Under the pieces are notes generated by a model. The model saw only the letters and a list, made by a program, of their open reading frames with translations, did not search any database and was not told the origin of the DNA. From positions 164,430 to 228,429 of the forward strand of contig JADJCX010000033.1 in assembly GCA_016703005.1 (NCBI GenBank): DNA of 64,000 nucleotides, given 5' to 3'. The translations under genes and the position numbers were made by a program. Of the stretch, positions 1 to 9,495 are shown in pieces. Position 1 is the stretch's first letter; each line of letters opens with the position of its first letter. This DNA comes from Flavobacteriales bacterium. Lineage in GTDB: Bacteria > Bacteroidota > Bacteroidia > Flavobacteriales_F > PHOS-HE28.

Positions 1-175
1 GCCTTCTCTGAATTGTCATCCCGAGACGTTATCGACGAGGAATCTCATGTCCCATTGGGTTCCGGTGCCCGAGAGATCCTTCCTCTCAGAGCCTCGTCAG
101 GATGACAGACTGGTAGGGGGACGCTCGTTGGGATGCCCGAGCCTGCTCTTCACTCACGACTCACGACTTCTCCTC
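1..175. repeat. Copy A of a ~150-190 bp structured intergenic repeat family (probably truncated by the window edge)
   Basis: Shares attgtcatcccgag...cgacgagg...cccgagagatccttcct...cctcgtc.ggatgacaga...gcctgctc..cactcacgactcacgact with copies at 39207-39395 and 39923-40050. Internal inverted repeats tgtcatcc/ggatgaca and cgacgagg/cctcgtcg. Confidence 0.55.
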
Positions 176-265
176 TTCGCCCAAGCCCCTTGACTTAAGG
201 GATGAACGCTATTTGAAACCCGACGGACCCCTTGTGCGTTTCGACGGGCCAAATAACCCTCCGCC

Positions 266-2707
266 ATGCGCCGAATGCGCCTCTTCCCCCTGACCGCCCT
301 CACTTTTACCCTGCTGCCAGCCGCGCTGCTCGCGCAGTTCGGTGCAGAGCAAACGATCGCCATCGAAGGTCCCGAAACCATGGAATTGGTTGACTTGGAC
401 CTCGACGGCGACCGCGATATGCTCGTGGGCAGTCGTATCGGTCTGCTGTACTTCGAGAACAGCGATGGCATGGGGAACTTCGCTGCACCCGTTACCATCG
501 GCGGCGGCGCCGAGAGCCGTGCGCATGTGGTGGACATGGATGGCAACGGTTGGCCGGACATCCTCGCTTCGCGTGAATTGAACGGCGGCATCGTGTGGTA
601 CCGCAACCTGGGCACCTTCGGTTGGAGCGCACCCTTGATGGTGCTGCCCGGCGCCACGGCCGTTGAACTGGGCCACGCCGACATCGACAACGATGGCGAT
701 CACGATCCCTACTTCGTATTGTCCATCAACACACTGGCGTGGTGCGAGAACACCGACGGCACCGGCACCATGAGCGCGGCCATGAGCATTACCCCGCTGT
801 ACAACAACGCCCGTGTGCAAGCCATCGACCTCGATGAGGACGCTGACCTTGACCTCGTATGGAGCGTGGGTCTGCCCGAGGAAATGGGTTGGTGCGCCAA
901 TCTCGGTGGAAGCTTCGCCGTTGCGCAGTCGATCAATACAAGCCGCAAAGGGAACATGAACGATCTCGATGGCGACGGTCGTTTCGATCTGATCAGCACG
1001 AGCAGCTTGGCCGGTGTGCTGGATTGGCAGCGCGGCCTCGATGCCCAACAGAATTTCGCAACGTTCAGCCCCGTTGCCATGGGCACATCCGCCGATGCGC
1101 TCTTGGTGCAGGACCTCGATGGCGACGGCGACAAGGACCTCGCGAGTTCCAACAGTTCCATCGACCAGATCATGTGGTACGAGAACATTGACGGACAGGG
1201 GAGCTTCGGTCCGGCGCAGATCATCGCCTACGGCGTTGACGATGCCCACAAGCTGGTCGCTGGCGATCTCGACGGCGATGGTGATCCCGAATTCTTCGCC
1301 GCCACCAGCGTGCAGAACCGCATCGCGCGTTTCGAGAACCTCGAAGTGGCCCAGCTCATGATCTGCGGTCGCGTGTTCAACGATATCAATAGCGACGGCC
1401 TGTTCAACGGCACAGATCACGGCATGTACAACGTGCGTGTGGACCTGAACGATGGTCGCAGCACCTTCACCAACCACAGCGGTATCTACTGGTTCCAAGC
1501 TTCACCCGGCAACTACACGGTGGAAGTCGCAGCACCCCACATGTGGCAACTGACGAGCACCGGCATCGCCAATGCGATGGTGGCCGCGCCGAACGGTTCG
1601 GCATTGGGTCGCGATTTCAGCCTTCACGCCGATCAAGTGCTGAACGACTACACGGCTGAACTCACCAGTGGCAGCCTCCGCTGCCCGGCCGAGGTGCCGT
1701 ACTTCCTCACCGCCACCAACACCGGCAACCAAGTGCACGACCTGCGCATGGTGCTGACACTGGACAACATCAACACCTTCAACAGCGCCGACCCGCTGCC
1801 CACGAGCATCAACGGCAACACGATCACATGGGATTTTGCCACCGTGCAACCGAGCCACTCGCGCAACGTGGAGGTGAAGGTGCAGATGGCCGACGCCAAC
1901 TTCATGGGCACTGTGATGAATGATCACCTTGTGGCTGAAGCGATGGACAACGGCCAAGTGGTGCACACTGTGACCGCCGACAACCAAGCGACCTTGGTAT
2001 GCGCCTTCGACCCGAACGACAAACAAGTGCTGCCAGTTGGCGATGGTGTGGACCACCTCACTGCCATGAACACCACGCTCGAATACACCGTGCGCTTCAT
2101 GAATACCGGTAACGCACCGGCCTTGGACGTGGTGATCATCGACCAGCTCGATGCCGACCTGGACCCCGCGACCTTCCAAGTGCTGGCCAGCAGCCACACC
2201 GTGCATACGATCATGGAAGCCGACGGCGTGGTGCGTTTCGAGCACTACGGCATCAACCTGCCCGATTCCGGCGCCGACTACATCGGTAGCCAAGGCTTCG
2301 TGCGCTTCAGCATCCGCACGCTGAACAACCTGCCCGAAGGGACCGTCGCCAGCAACACGGCCGACATCCACTTCGACTATAACGCACCTATCGTAACGAA
2401 CACGGTGTTCAACACCCTCACCTACGGTATCGTGGACGGCATCGCCGAAACGGTAGTAGGGAAGGAGGTGTTGACCATCGTACCGAACCCGGTGCAGGAT
2501 CAGACCACCATCACCGTCTCCGCCATTTTCCTCGGCGCTGCCGATCTCTACCTCACCGACGCAGCGGGCCGCATCGTACGCCGTTGGAAAGTGCGCAGCG
2601 ACGAGCAAGTGCAGGTGAACATGGCCGGTACGCCAAGCGGTGTGTACGCACTGCAATTGGCATTGCCCGGTGAGCAAGCGCAGGTTGCGCGTATGGTCAT
2701 CGAGTAA
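266..2707 (+). CDS. Secreted FG-GAP/VCBS-repeat protein with Por (T9SS) C-terminal sorting domain
   Basis: 813-aa ORF. N-terminal signal peptide MRRMRLFPLTALTFTLLPAALLAQ. Repeated DLDGDGDxD / DIDNDGDHD calcium-binding FG-GAP-like motifs. C-terminus LTIVPNPVQDQTTITV...YALQL is typical of a T9SS CTD. Confidence 0.8.
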   Translation: MRRMRLFPLTALTFTLLPAALLAQFGAEQTIAIEGPETMELVDLDLDGDRDMLVGSRIGLLYFENSDGMGNFAAPVTIGGGAESRAHVVDMDGNGWPDILASRELNGGIVWYRNLGTFGWSAPLMVLPGATAVELGHADIDNDGDHDPYFVLSINTLAWCENTDGTGTMSAAMSITPLYNNARVQAIDLDEDADLDLVWSVGLPEEMGWCANLGGSFAVAQSINTSRKGNMNDLDGDGRFDLISTSSLAGVLDWQRGLDAQQNFATFSPVAMGTSADALLVQDLDGDGDKDLASSNSSIDQIMWYENIDGQGSFGPAQIIAYGVDDAHKLVAGDLDGDGDPEFFAATSVQNRIARFENLEVAQLMICGRVFNDINSDGLFNGTDHGMYNVRVDLNDGRSTFTNHSGIYWFQASPGNYTVEVAAPHMWQLTSTGIANAMVAAPNGSALGRDFSLHADQVLNDYTAELTSGSLRCPAEVPYFLTATNTGNQVHDLRMVLTLDNINTFNSADPLPTSINGNTITWDFATVQPSHSRNVEVKVQMADANFMGTVMNDHLVAEAMDNGQVVHTVTADNQATLVCAFDPNDKQVLPVGDGVDHLTAMNTTLEYTVRFMNTGNAPALDVVIIDQLDADLDPATFQVLASSHTVHTIMEADGVVRFEHYGINLPDSGADYIGSQGFVRFSIRTLNNLPEGTVASNTADIHFDYNAPIVTNTVFNTLTYGIVDGIAETVVGKEVLTIVPNPVQDQTTITVSAIFLGAADLYLTDAAGRIVRRWKVRSDEQVQVNMAGTPSGVYALQLALPGEQAQVARMVIE

Positions 2708-3581
2708 CGCCGAGCCCGAACAGGGCGATATCGTATTTGATCGGATCAGACGGGTCGAGCTTGCGGAGTTGTTCCGTCAGCTCGACCACGCTTTTCCAGT
2801 CGTCCTGTTTGCGGGTGAGCAAGCCCAGCTCCCGCGCCACGCGGCCGGTGTGTACATCGAGCGGAACGTGAAGTGCCGAGGCCGGGATCCGTTTCCACCA
2901 GCCCATATCGATACCGCGATCGTTCGGGCGCACCATCCACCGCAAGTACATGTTGATGCGCTTCGCGTTGCTGCCCTTCGATGGATCGGCCACATGCTTT
3001 TGCGTGCGCGCCTGATGCCTGGGTTCGAAGAAGCGCTGCTTGAAGAGGCTGATGCCCTCGGCCGTTCGCCAAGTGTCAATGGCGGTCGCGCTTGCTCGCG
3101 TGCCAGTAGCTCGCGGCTCGCGGCTAAAGGCTCGAGGCCCTTCCCCCAGAAAGCCCTCTTCGATCCCACCATACTGCTTGTACAAATGCCGCATGCCCAC
3201 GATGAAGTGCTTCAGGTCGATCCCGTTGAAGGTGCGGTGCACGAAACGATCGAGCCTGCGCAGCTCGGCCGATGACGCGTTCATGACAACATCGTGCGGC
3301 GCATCATCGAGCAGGTGCACCAGCTTCCACGCATTGGCAATGATGGTTTTGCGTTGTCCCCAAGCGATGGTCGCGGTGAGAAAGCCGATCACCTCGGCAT
3401 CGCCGCGCTTGCTGAACGAACGTGGCACCTGAACGGGATCCAGTTCGATGAAGGCCGGGTTGGCCAGCCGGTCGTAGGCCTCGTCCAAGAGTGCTTTCAC
3501 ATCCACGGGGCGAAGCTGCGCAAGACACTTCTTGGATGGCACAGCATGATCAGGATTTTCCACAGATGGCGCAGATGACAC
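2697..3581 (-). CDS. TIGR02757 (DUF2400) family protein
   Basis: 294-aa ORF. LDPVQVPRSF...GFLTATIAWGQRKTII...FVHRTFNG matches the conserved DUF2400 core. The 5' end overlaps the tandem repeat, so the start is uncertain. Confidence 0.65.
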   Translation of the reverse strand: MSSAPSVENPDHAVPSKKCLAQLRPVDVKALLDEAYDRLANPAFIELDPVQVPRSFSKRGDAEVIGFLTATIAWGQRKTIIANAWKLVHLLDDAPHDVVMNASSAELRRLDRFVHRTFNGIDLKHFIVGMRHLYKQYGGIEEGFLGEGPRAFSREPRATGTRASATAIDTWRTAEGISLFKQRFFEPRHQARTQKHVADPSKGSNAKRINMYLRWMVRPNDRGIDMGWWKRIPASALHVPLDVHTGRVARELGLLTRKQDDWKSVVELTEQLRKLDPSDPIKYDIALFGLGVTR

Positions 3582-3790
3582 AGATATCGCCTACGGCGAT
3601 CGGCGCGCGTTGCGCCTGCGACAGCAGGCCATCTGTGCTATCTGCGTCATCTGCGGAAGACAATTCTTAGATGGCACGATGGTCAGGATTTTCCACAGAT
3701 GGCGCAGATGACACAGATGGCGCCTTCGGCGAATGGCGCACTCGAAGCCTGCGACAGCAGGCTATCTGTGCCATCTGCGTCATCTGCGGA
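3529..3790. repeat. Tandem duplication (2 x ~136 bp) of an element with 26-bp inverted arms built from 9-bp-spaced CAGATG iterons
   Basis: Unit 1 (~3529-3657) and unit 2 (~3665-3790) are ~85% identical. Each holds ccacagatggcgcagatgacacagat ... atctgtgc(t/c)atctgcgtcatctgcgg (3xCAGATG then 3xCATCTG). It lies in the divergent region between the DUF2400 gene and the 3866 gene. Confidence 0.7.
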
Positions 3791-3865
3791 TAATGACCCT
3801 TGCGGCCAAGGTCACCGGACAGGATATTGGGGATGCGTTAGATTCATCGGCCCGAACCCCTCCTC

Positions 3866-4663
3866 ATGAGAGCACCCGTACTCCTCCTGTCCTCAACAGT
3901 ATTGTTCAGCAACGTTGCGGCACAGACCATCTGCAATCCCTTGGGCAACGTTGCGATCTACAGCAACTACGATGGGGGCGACCTCCACATCGTGGTGGAC
4001 CAGAACGTACCCGACCTGCACATCGGCATTGTGAGTTACGAGTTCAGCCGCATCACCATCAGCGGTGCGTTCGCGGCCAACGTGGTTGCCGTGTGGTATG
4101 CCGGTTACAATGCGGACAACGACCATTGCAGCCTCGGTGGTGCCAACCTGAGCACCACGGTGACGGGCGTACCGGCAAATATCGTGGACATCCAATTGTA
4201 TCCTCCCGCCACGTGGCCCAATGCCAACGGCAACGGCAGCATCATCTGTGGGTACACCTGCGATGTCAACACGAGCCAAGGTGGTTGCAACACGGCCGAC
4301 CAGATCGCCCATTACTTCCTGAGCAACTGGGGCGGCGACCTGCGTTATCACTTCACGCAATACGGCTGTTGGAACAGTCCGTACACGTTGAGCGACGGCG
4401 GCAATTGCTGCGAGGATCCGTTGAGCACCGCTGTAGCGGCCAATAGCGCCGAACATGCACCAGCTGCCTTTCCGAACCCGGCCCACAACACAGTGGATCT
4501 CGGCGTGCCCGGACAAGTCGAAGTGATGGATGCGACCGGCCGTGCGGTGATCCTGACAACTGATCACCGGGGCGTGTTGGATGTGGTTGGCCTAACGCCC
4601 GGGGTGTACACCTACCGGATGATCGCTTCGGGTGGTGTTGGGCGCTTTGTGGTGGAGCGGTAG
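3866..4663 (+). CDS. Secreted hypothetical protein with T9SS C-terminal sorting domain
   Basis: 265-aa ORF. Signal peptide MRAPVLLLSSTVLFSNVAAQ. Cys-rich body. C-terminal FPNPAHNTVDLGVPGQVEVMDATGRAV...GVYTYRM matches the Por secretion CTD pattern. Confidence 0.7.
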   Translation: MRAPVLLLSSTVLFSNVAAQTICNPLGNVAIYSNYDGGDLHIVVDQNVPDLHIGIVSYEFSRITISGAFAANVVAVWYAGYNADNDHCSLGGANLSTTVTGVPANIVDIQLYPPATWPNANGNGSIICGYTCDVNTSQGGCNTADQIAHYFLSNWGGDLRYHFTQYGCWNSPYTLSDGGNCCEDPLSTAVAANSAEHAPAAFPNPAHNTVDLGVPGQVEVMDATGRAVILTTDHRGVLDVVGLTPGVYTYRMIASGGVGRFVVER

Positions 4664-5057
4664 AGCGGCGGGCTATGTTTGAGAAGGCGGTATGCAACCA
4701 GGGAACATGTTTGTGGCCACATGTCAACAACCGATTGACACCTACCTGCAGCAAGCAGGCTCTGAGAAACCGAGCATCAGCCCCGTGCGAGCACGCGAGG
4801 TGGTTCTGGGAAGCCGAGTGTCAGGCACTTGCGAGTACGCGAGATCGTGCCCGGGGAGGCTGAGTATGGCTGTGTTGACCAATAGCCCCGCAGCTACCCG
4901 GCTGTTGCCCTTGGTCGCCGTTCGGCTTTGCCGAGCGTCCTTCCTCGTTGCATTTCTCTGGCCGTCCCTCCTGCTTCAAGCCATTCCGGGATGGCCCGAA
5001 GCCCGGTGTTACTATACTCGCTGACGTTACCGTCGTCAAACTGAACACCACCCACCC

Positions 5058-5837
5058 ATGAAAAAGCGCTACGCCCTTCTTCTTCCCGTCCTCTTTGCTG
5101 CATTCGCGTCCACTGCCCAGTACTGTTCGCCCACCTTTCCCAACGGTTGTTTCTCCTGGTCCAACCTTTCCATCAGCTTGGGCACCCTCAACTGGAACAA
5201 CACCGACTGCACCATTTCGGACTACACGGGCCTCAGCACCACCGTGACCGCTGGCGTGCCCACGCCCATGACCGTGGTGAACGGTACATGGACCGGGTGC
5301 GCCGTATGGGTGGACCTCGATAATGATGGCACCTTCCAGGACAGTGAGAACCTGCACTATGAGTATGTGGGTGGTTCGCCCAGCTACACCTATAGTTTCA
5401 ACATCACCGTCCCCGCGAACACGCCGAGCGGCGCGTATCGCATGCGCGTGATCGCGCCGTGGGGTTCCGACGGCTTCCTCACCACCAACACCAACGGTTA
5501 TGGCCCTTGCGGCGCATACCAATACGGCAACTTCAACGACTTCACCCTGAACGTATCGGGCACTACTGCTGTTGCCGAGGCGAGCGCTGGTGCCACGGCC
5601 CCGGTGCTCTTGAGCGCAAACCCCACCAACGGACTTATTGCACTTCAGGCCAGCGCTGCTGCACCGCTCCAGCGCGTGATCGTGCGCAGCATGGATGGCC
5701 GCGAGGTGCAGGACCAGGCTTTCGCTGCGAACATGGACCGCGTGCAACTTGACCTGAGCGCCGTTGCCGAGGGTGCGTACGTGATAGAGTGTATTTCGGG
5801 CGCTGGTTCCAGCAGCCTCCGCGTGGTGAAGGAATAG
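5058..5837 (+). CDS. GEVED-domain secreted protein with T9SS C-terminal sorting domain
   Basis: 259 aa. Signal peptide MKKRYALLLPVLFAAFASTAQ. YCSPTFPNGC...NDFTLNV is the GEVED-type Cys pattern. C-terminal LLSANPTNGLIALQ...EGAYVIECISGAGSSSLRVVKE is CTD-like. Confidence 0.7.
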   Translation: MKKRYALLLPVLFAAFASTAQYCSPTFPNGCFSWSNLSISLGTLNWNNTDCTISDYTGLSTTVTAGVPTPMTVVNGTWTGCAVWVDLDNDGTFQDSENLHYEYVGGSPSYTYSFNITVPANTPSGAYRMRVIAPWGSDGFLTTNTNGYGPCGAYQYGNFNDFTLNVSGTTAVAEASAGATAPVLLSANPTNGLIALQASAAAPLQRVIVRSMDGREVQDQAFAANMDRVQLDLSAVAEGAYVIECISGAGSSSLRVVKE

Positions 5838-5854
5838 CACACCGGCGTTGGCTT

Positions 5855-5899
5855 GTTCAATGGGAACACTGCGCAGAACGCGCGGTGTTCCCATTGAAC
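5855..5899. terminator. Bidirectional hairpin terminator between convergent genes
   Basis: gttcaatgggaacac-N15-gtgttcccattgaac is a perfect 15-bp stem. It sits between the stop codons at 5837 (+) and 5902 (-). There is no strong T-run. Confidence 0.5.
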
Positions 5900-5901
5900 G
5901 G

Positions 5902-6111
5902 CTACAGTTTCACGATCAGCTGCACGCGTGCATTGCTCCCCCCGAGCTGCACTTCCACGTTGCATTCCATGCCCACCACTTTCGTGGGGTCACTACCGGT
6001 TTGCACCTTCACCGGCAGGCCGTCCACCAAGTGCAGGCGATCGCTGGCGGGGGTGCCATTGGCAATGCGGTAGTGAAGCACTTCAACAAGGTCCTTCAGT
6101 TGCTGTTCCAT
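5902..6111 (-). CDS. Small hypothetical protein (69 aa)
   Basis: The ORF ends immediately at the convergent terminator hairpin. No recognisable family. Confidence 0.3.
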   Translation of the reverse strand: MEQQLKDLVEVLHYRIANGTPASDRLHLVDGLPVKVQTGSDPTKVVGMECNVEVQLGGSNARVQLIVKL

Positions 6112-6207
6112 GTTTCTTGGCTGACGGAATTACCGTCGATCGGGGCGCGAAGAAGCTAGCACGACGATCGATCCACGCAACGGGTTGAGGGCATTTCCTC
6201 GGACATG

Positions 6208-6731
6208 TTAGTGTTCAGCGACACGCTTCAAACCGGCCAGACCGTTCTCGAAATCCTTCCCGATCAGCTTGTCCATGTTCATGAACATGCCCATCACCTT
6301 GCCCATGAACATGTTCGGGCCGTCCATGGTCCAGCGCACGTTGGTGGCGCTGCCTTGCGGTGTGAAGTGGAAATGCGTGATGCACTGGTTCTTGAACGGC
6401 CGCACGAAACGCAGGTCGATCTTTACGCCATTGGTGTTGGCTTCCAGGATCTCCATCGTGCCTTCACCGGCCTTACCATTGCCGCTCCAACCGTATTTGG
6501 CGCCTACGCCTTGCGGTGCAGCCATGTATTCGCGTTTCATGTTCGGGTCCAGTTTCTCCCACGGGCTCCAGGGCATCCACTTGTGGAAGTCCGTGATGTG
6601 GGGAGAATGCTTTCCGGTGAAGCGTTGATCATTGTGCTGCGCTCGTAGTGAACGGAGTTCGGCTTCATGGAAGCCGCAATGAGAATGCCGACGATGAAGA
6701 CGGCGAGGCCGAGGAGGATGTATGTGAGCAT
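6208..6731 (-). CDS. Membrane-anchored SRPBCC family protein (polyketide cyclase/dehydrase-like), disrupted by a frameshift
   Basis: N-terminal piece (ORF 6537-6731: MLTYILLGLAVFIVGILIAASMKPNSVHYERSTMINASPESI) and C-terminal piece (ORF 6208-6795 frame: HITDFHKWMPWSPWEKLDP...GLAGLKRVAEH) are in different frames. The junction is at the G4 run at 6600-6603. Confidence 0.6.
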
Positions 6732-6746
6732 GGTGGTAGGTGTGGA

Positions 6747-7136
6747 TCAGACAGGAGTGTACGTGCGCAGTGAAAGCCGCTTGTGGTGCAGCCAATAAGC
6801 AACGAGCAGCACAGCGATGAAGAGGAACATCGGCGCCCAGATGCTTACCGGATCACCAATGGCCCAGAAGGAGATCACGGCCGCCACCAGATCGATGAAC
6901 AGGCCGAAGTAGGCCCACTCCTTTACGCGGACCGGCAGCATAGGAAGCAGTATGGCAATGGCCCCAATGATCTTGGCCACCGAGATGATTTGTATGAAGT
7001 AGAGCGGGTAGCCCATCTTCACGTGTAGATAGTCCACGGCTTGCTCGTTCAGGGTGAGGCCGCCGATGCTGCTGAAGATCATGAAGGCGCTGAAGAGCGC
7101 GGTGATGATCCAGTAGGCGAGGTTGATACGTTTCAT
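6747..7136 (-). CDS. DoxX family membrane protein
   Basis: MKRINLAYWIITALFSAFMIFSSIGGLTLNEQAVDYL...AIGDPVSIWAPMFLFIAVLLVAYWL. Multi-TM DoxX-like profile. Confidence 0.7.
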   Translation of the reverse strand: MKRINLAYWIITALFSAFMIFSSIGGLTLNEQAVDYLHVKMGYPLYFIQIISVAKIIGAIAILLPMLPVRVKEWAYFGLFIDLVAAVISFWAIGDPVSIWAPMFLFIAVLLVAYWLHHKRLSLRTYTPV

Positions 7137-7222
7137 TCGATAGGGTACAAGTGTGAGAGGTTGAAATGGAAAGAGGGTAAGAGGGTGAAAGGGTGCGAGG
7201 GAACTGGGGATGAATGGCTCTG

Positions 7223-7687
7223 TCACTCTTTCACATTTTCATCGCGCAGGATGAGTTCAAGTTTGTCCAGGTTCTCTTCGTTCGCTTGCGCGATAAAGTT
7301 CTTGATCGGCGCCAGTTCTTCCGCCGTATTGAAGCGCATGATCCACACAATGCGCGTGCCACCGGCCTCTTCGGTGAAGGTCACCATGGCCTTGTAGAAG
7401 TGCATCTCCTTCAGGTGGTCGAACTCCAAATAGCTGTGCGGCTCGATACGGTTGAAGACGCAGGTGTTGACATAGTTCGCGCCATCAGGCCCGTGCATGG
7501 TGAACTCCCAGATGCCTTCGGGCTTCAGGTCGAAGCGATGGAAGGAGTTGGTAAAGCCGTTCGGGCCGTACCAACGCGCGAGCAGATCGGGATCGGTCCA
7601 CGCGGCGAAGACATTCTCGCGCGGAGCCTTGAGCAAGCGCGTGGTGCGCACTTCGCGACCCTCCATGTGATCTTCTGATCTTCTCAT
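7223..7687 (-). CDS. SRPBCC domain protein (Aha1/activator of Hsp90 ATPase-like)
   Basis: EVRTTRLLKAPRENVFAAWTDPDLLARWYGPNGFTN...TRIVWIMRF. Start is ambiguous (ATG at 7687 or 7666). Confidence 0.7.
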   Translation of the reverse strand: MRRSEDHMEGREVRTTRLLKAPRENVFAAWTDPDLLARWYGPNGFTNSFHRFDLKPEGIWEFTMHGPDGANYVNTCVFNRIEPHSYLEFDHLKEMHFYKAMVTFTEEAGGTRIVWIMRFNTAEELAPIKNFIAQANEENLDKLELILRDENVKE

Positions 7688-8064
7688 TTTCTGATCTTCA
7701 GATCCTTCTTCACCGGCCACCGCACCTCGATCTCCGCCACCTTCGCTTTCACGATGTCCTTCACCAATGCAGCGGGCAACGGTTTCTCCGGTGTGAACTG
7801 GATGGTGCCTTTGCTCACAGTGAAGTCCTTCAAGCGGTCCTTGAAACCGAGAGGCACTGAACCGTAGAGCGCCACGTGGTTCTTCGCCGCACCCATGTAC
7901 ACCAACGGATGGCCGTTGTACTTGAATGCGGGCAGCCCATAACCGAAGTGCTCCTCAGCGCCCGGTGCGGCAGCGAGGATCTGCTTGCGCAATTTCTCCA
8001 AGGCATTGCGCTGGTCCTTGGGCAAGGCTATGAGGTATTCGCCGGTGTTCGTTGCTGGTGACAT
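7684..8064 (-). CDS. DUF1801 (YdhG-like) domain protein
   Basis: EYLIALPKDQRNALEKLRKQILAAAPGAEEHFGYGLPAFKYNGHPLVYMGAAKNHVALY is the typical DUF1801 pattern. Confidence 0.7.
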   Translation of the reverse strand: MSPATNTGEYLIALPKDQRNALEKLRKQILAAAPGAEEHFGYGLPAFKYNGHPLVYMGAAKNHVALYGSVPLGFKDRLKDFTVSKGTIQFTPEKPLPAALVKDIVKAKVAEIEVRWPVKKDLKIRK

Positions 8065-8125
8065 GTTGTGATCAGGATCGGTGTCAGTGGGGGCTTTGGT
8101 CCCTCAGCTTCGCTTCCTTTGAAGC

Positions 8126-8764
8126 ATGCGTTACAAGATCGCGGGGTGGGCTGGGTTACTGGGTGTGTTGTTCTTCGTTGGTGAAGCGATCGTCGGTGGT
8201 TTGCAGATCGAAAACTACAGCCACGCCCGTCAGTTCATCAGTGAGACATATGCTTCCGGGACGCCATGGTCCGATATGCTACGGTTCAGTGGTGTGCTTC
8301 CTGCGGGTGTGCTGTTCACGGTATTCGCATTCTTGTCGGCCAGCAAGCTGAGTGTGCCACGTCGGGGCATGATCGGTTTCATCGCGTTCGGTGTATTCTA
8401 TGGCTTGGGCACTGTGGCTGCTGCGTTCTTCCCGTGCGACTTCGGTTGCGATCCCGGCCAAGCTGATCCTACGATCTCACACATCCTCCACTTCGCATCC
8501 GGCACGCTCACGTACCTCTTCACGCCGTTCTGCCTGGTGTTGATCGGTGTGGCGGCGGAAAAATGGCCGAACGCTTCAGCTCTTCCCAAGACATTGCTTG
8601 TCTGCGGTGCGATCATGTTCGCCGGTGTCTTGGTGCTGTTCCTCTTTCCGGTGGATGGCCTGCTGGGACTGAACCAACGGATCATCGAAGGCGCGGCGTT
8701 GGTAAGCATCGTTCGGTGCTCGCAGTATCTGCTCTCGCGCAAAGCGTCCATGGTCCCTGTTTAG
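8126..8764 (+). CDS. DUF998-like membrane protein
   Basis: 212-aa multi-TM ORF on the + strand, divergent from the island genes. The family assignment is from memory of DUF998 proteins. Confidence 0.55.
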   Translation: MRYKIAGWAGLLGVLFFVGEAIVGGLQIENYSHARQFISETYASGTPWSDMLRFSGVLPAGVLFTVFAFLSASKLSVPRRGMIGFIAFGVFYGLGTVAAAFFPCDFGCDPGQADPTISHILHFASGTLTYLFTPFCLVLIGVAAEKWPNASALPKTLLVCGAIMFAGVLVLFLFPVDGLLGLNQRIIEGAALVSIVRCSQYLLSRKASMVPV

Positions 8765-8765
8765 T

Positions 8766-9050
8766 TCACTTCTTCCGGAACGAAAGGCCTGCAGCTTTCA
8801 GCGCGCTTCGCAGCTTGGGCAGGGAACCGGGGCCCATGCCGTGCAACGCCAGTACTTCGCGCTCGCTGCGTCCGGCTAACGTCTTCACGGTGGTGATCCC
8901 TTCGCTCTCCAGCGCCCTGCGCGCGGGTGCACTCAGCTTCGCCATCCAGCCGTCCTTGGGCGCGCCCAGGGTCTCACACACTGGACAAGTCGGGCAATCG
9001 CTGCTCTTGACGTAGCTATGACCGTTGGGACAAGTGCGCCGGTTCTTCAT
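8766..9050 (-). CDS. Small zinc-ribbon + helix-hairpin-helix protein (RNA polymerase alpha CTD-like fold)
   Basis: MKNRRTCPNGHSYVKSSDCPTCPVCE (CxxH...CxxC ribbon) followed by LSAPARRALESEGITTVKTLAGRSEREVLALHGMGPGSLPKL (HhH). Confidence 0.45.
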   Translation of the reverse strand: MKNRRTCPNGHSYVKSSDCPTCPVCETLGAPKDGWMAKLSAPARRALESEGITTVKTLAGRSEREVLALHGMGPGSLPKLRSALKAAGLSFRKK

Positions 9051-9081
9051 TATCTGATCATCTCATTTTCCGATCCTCTGA

Positions 9082-9492
9082 TCAACCTTGCGCCTGCTTC
9101 TGATCCATCCAGAATACCTCCCAGATGTGGCCGTCCAGATCGTTGAAGCTGCGGGCGAACATGAAGCCGTGATCCTCGGCTGGACGGCATTCGGTGGCGC
9201 CACCCGCAAGGGCCTTGTTGTACAACACATCCACCGCTTCGCGACTTTCCACGGAAAAGGCAAGCAGCACTTCGGTGCTCTTGGTCGCGTCCCCAACGGT
9301 CTTGCCCTTCGGCAGGAAACGTTGGATGCTGGACGACGTGTGCAGCATGCAGTAGATGGTATTGCTGATCACCAAACAGGCCGCATCGTCATTGGTGAAC
9401 TGCATGTTGAAACTCCAGCCGAGCTTCTTGAAGAAGGTCATGCTGTTCGCAAGGTCATTGACCTGCATGTTGACGAAGATCTGGGTGGGCAT
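9082..9492 (-). CDS. VOC family protein (glyoxalase/bleomycin-resistance/dioxygenase fold)
   Basis: 136 aa. IFVNMQVNDLANSMTFFKKLGW...ECRPAEDHGFMFARSFNDLDGHIWEVFWMD is typical of small VOC proteins. Confidence 0.7.
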   Translation of the reverse strand: MPTQIFVNMQVNDLANSMTFFKKLGWSFNMQFTNDDAACLVISNTIYCMLHTSSSIQRFLPKGKTVGDATKSTEVLLAFSVESREAVDVLYNKALAGGATECRPAEDHGFMFARSFNDLDGHIWEVFWMDQKQAQG

Positions 9493-9495
9493 CGT

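Noticed and set aside
154-2677. Long minus-strand ORFs (154-690, 209-1498, 1502-2677) antisense to the 266-2707 gene
   Set aside because: They are typical shadow ORFs of high-GC DNA. They have no recognisable domains. The + strand gene has a clear signal peptide, FG-GAP repeats and a T9SS CTD.
3529-3790. Possible CRISPR array
   Set aside because: There are only two long (~136 bp) units with no short-repeat/spacer alternation. The internal structure is iteron/inverted-repeat, not CRISPR-like.
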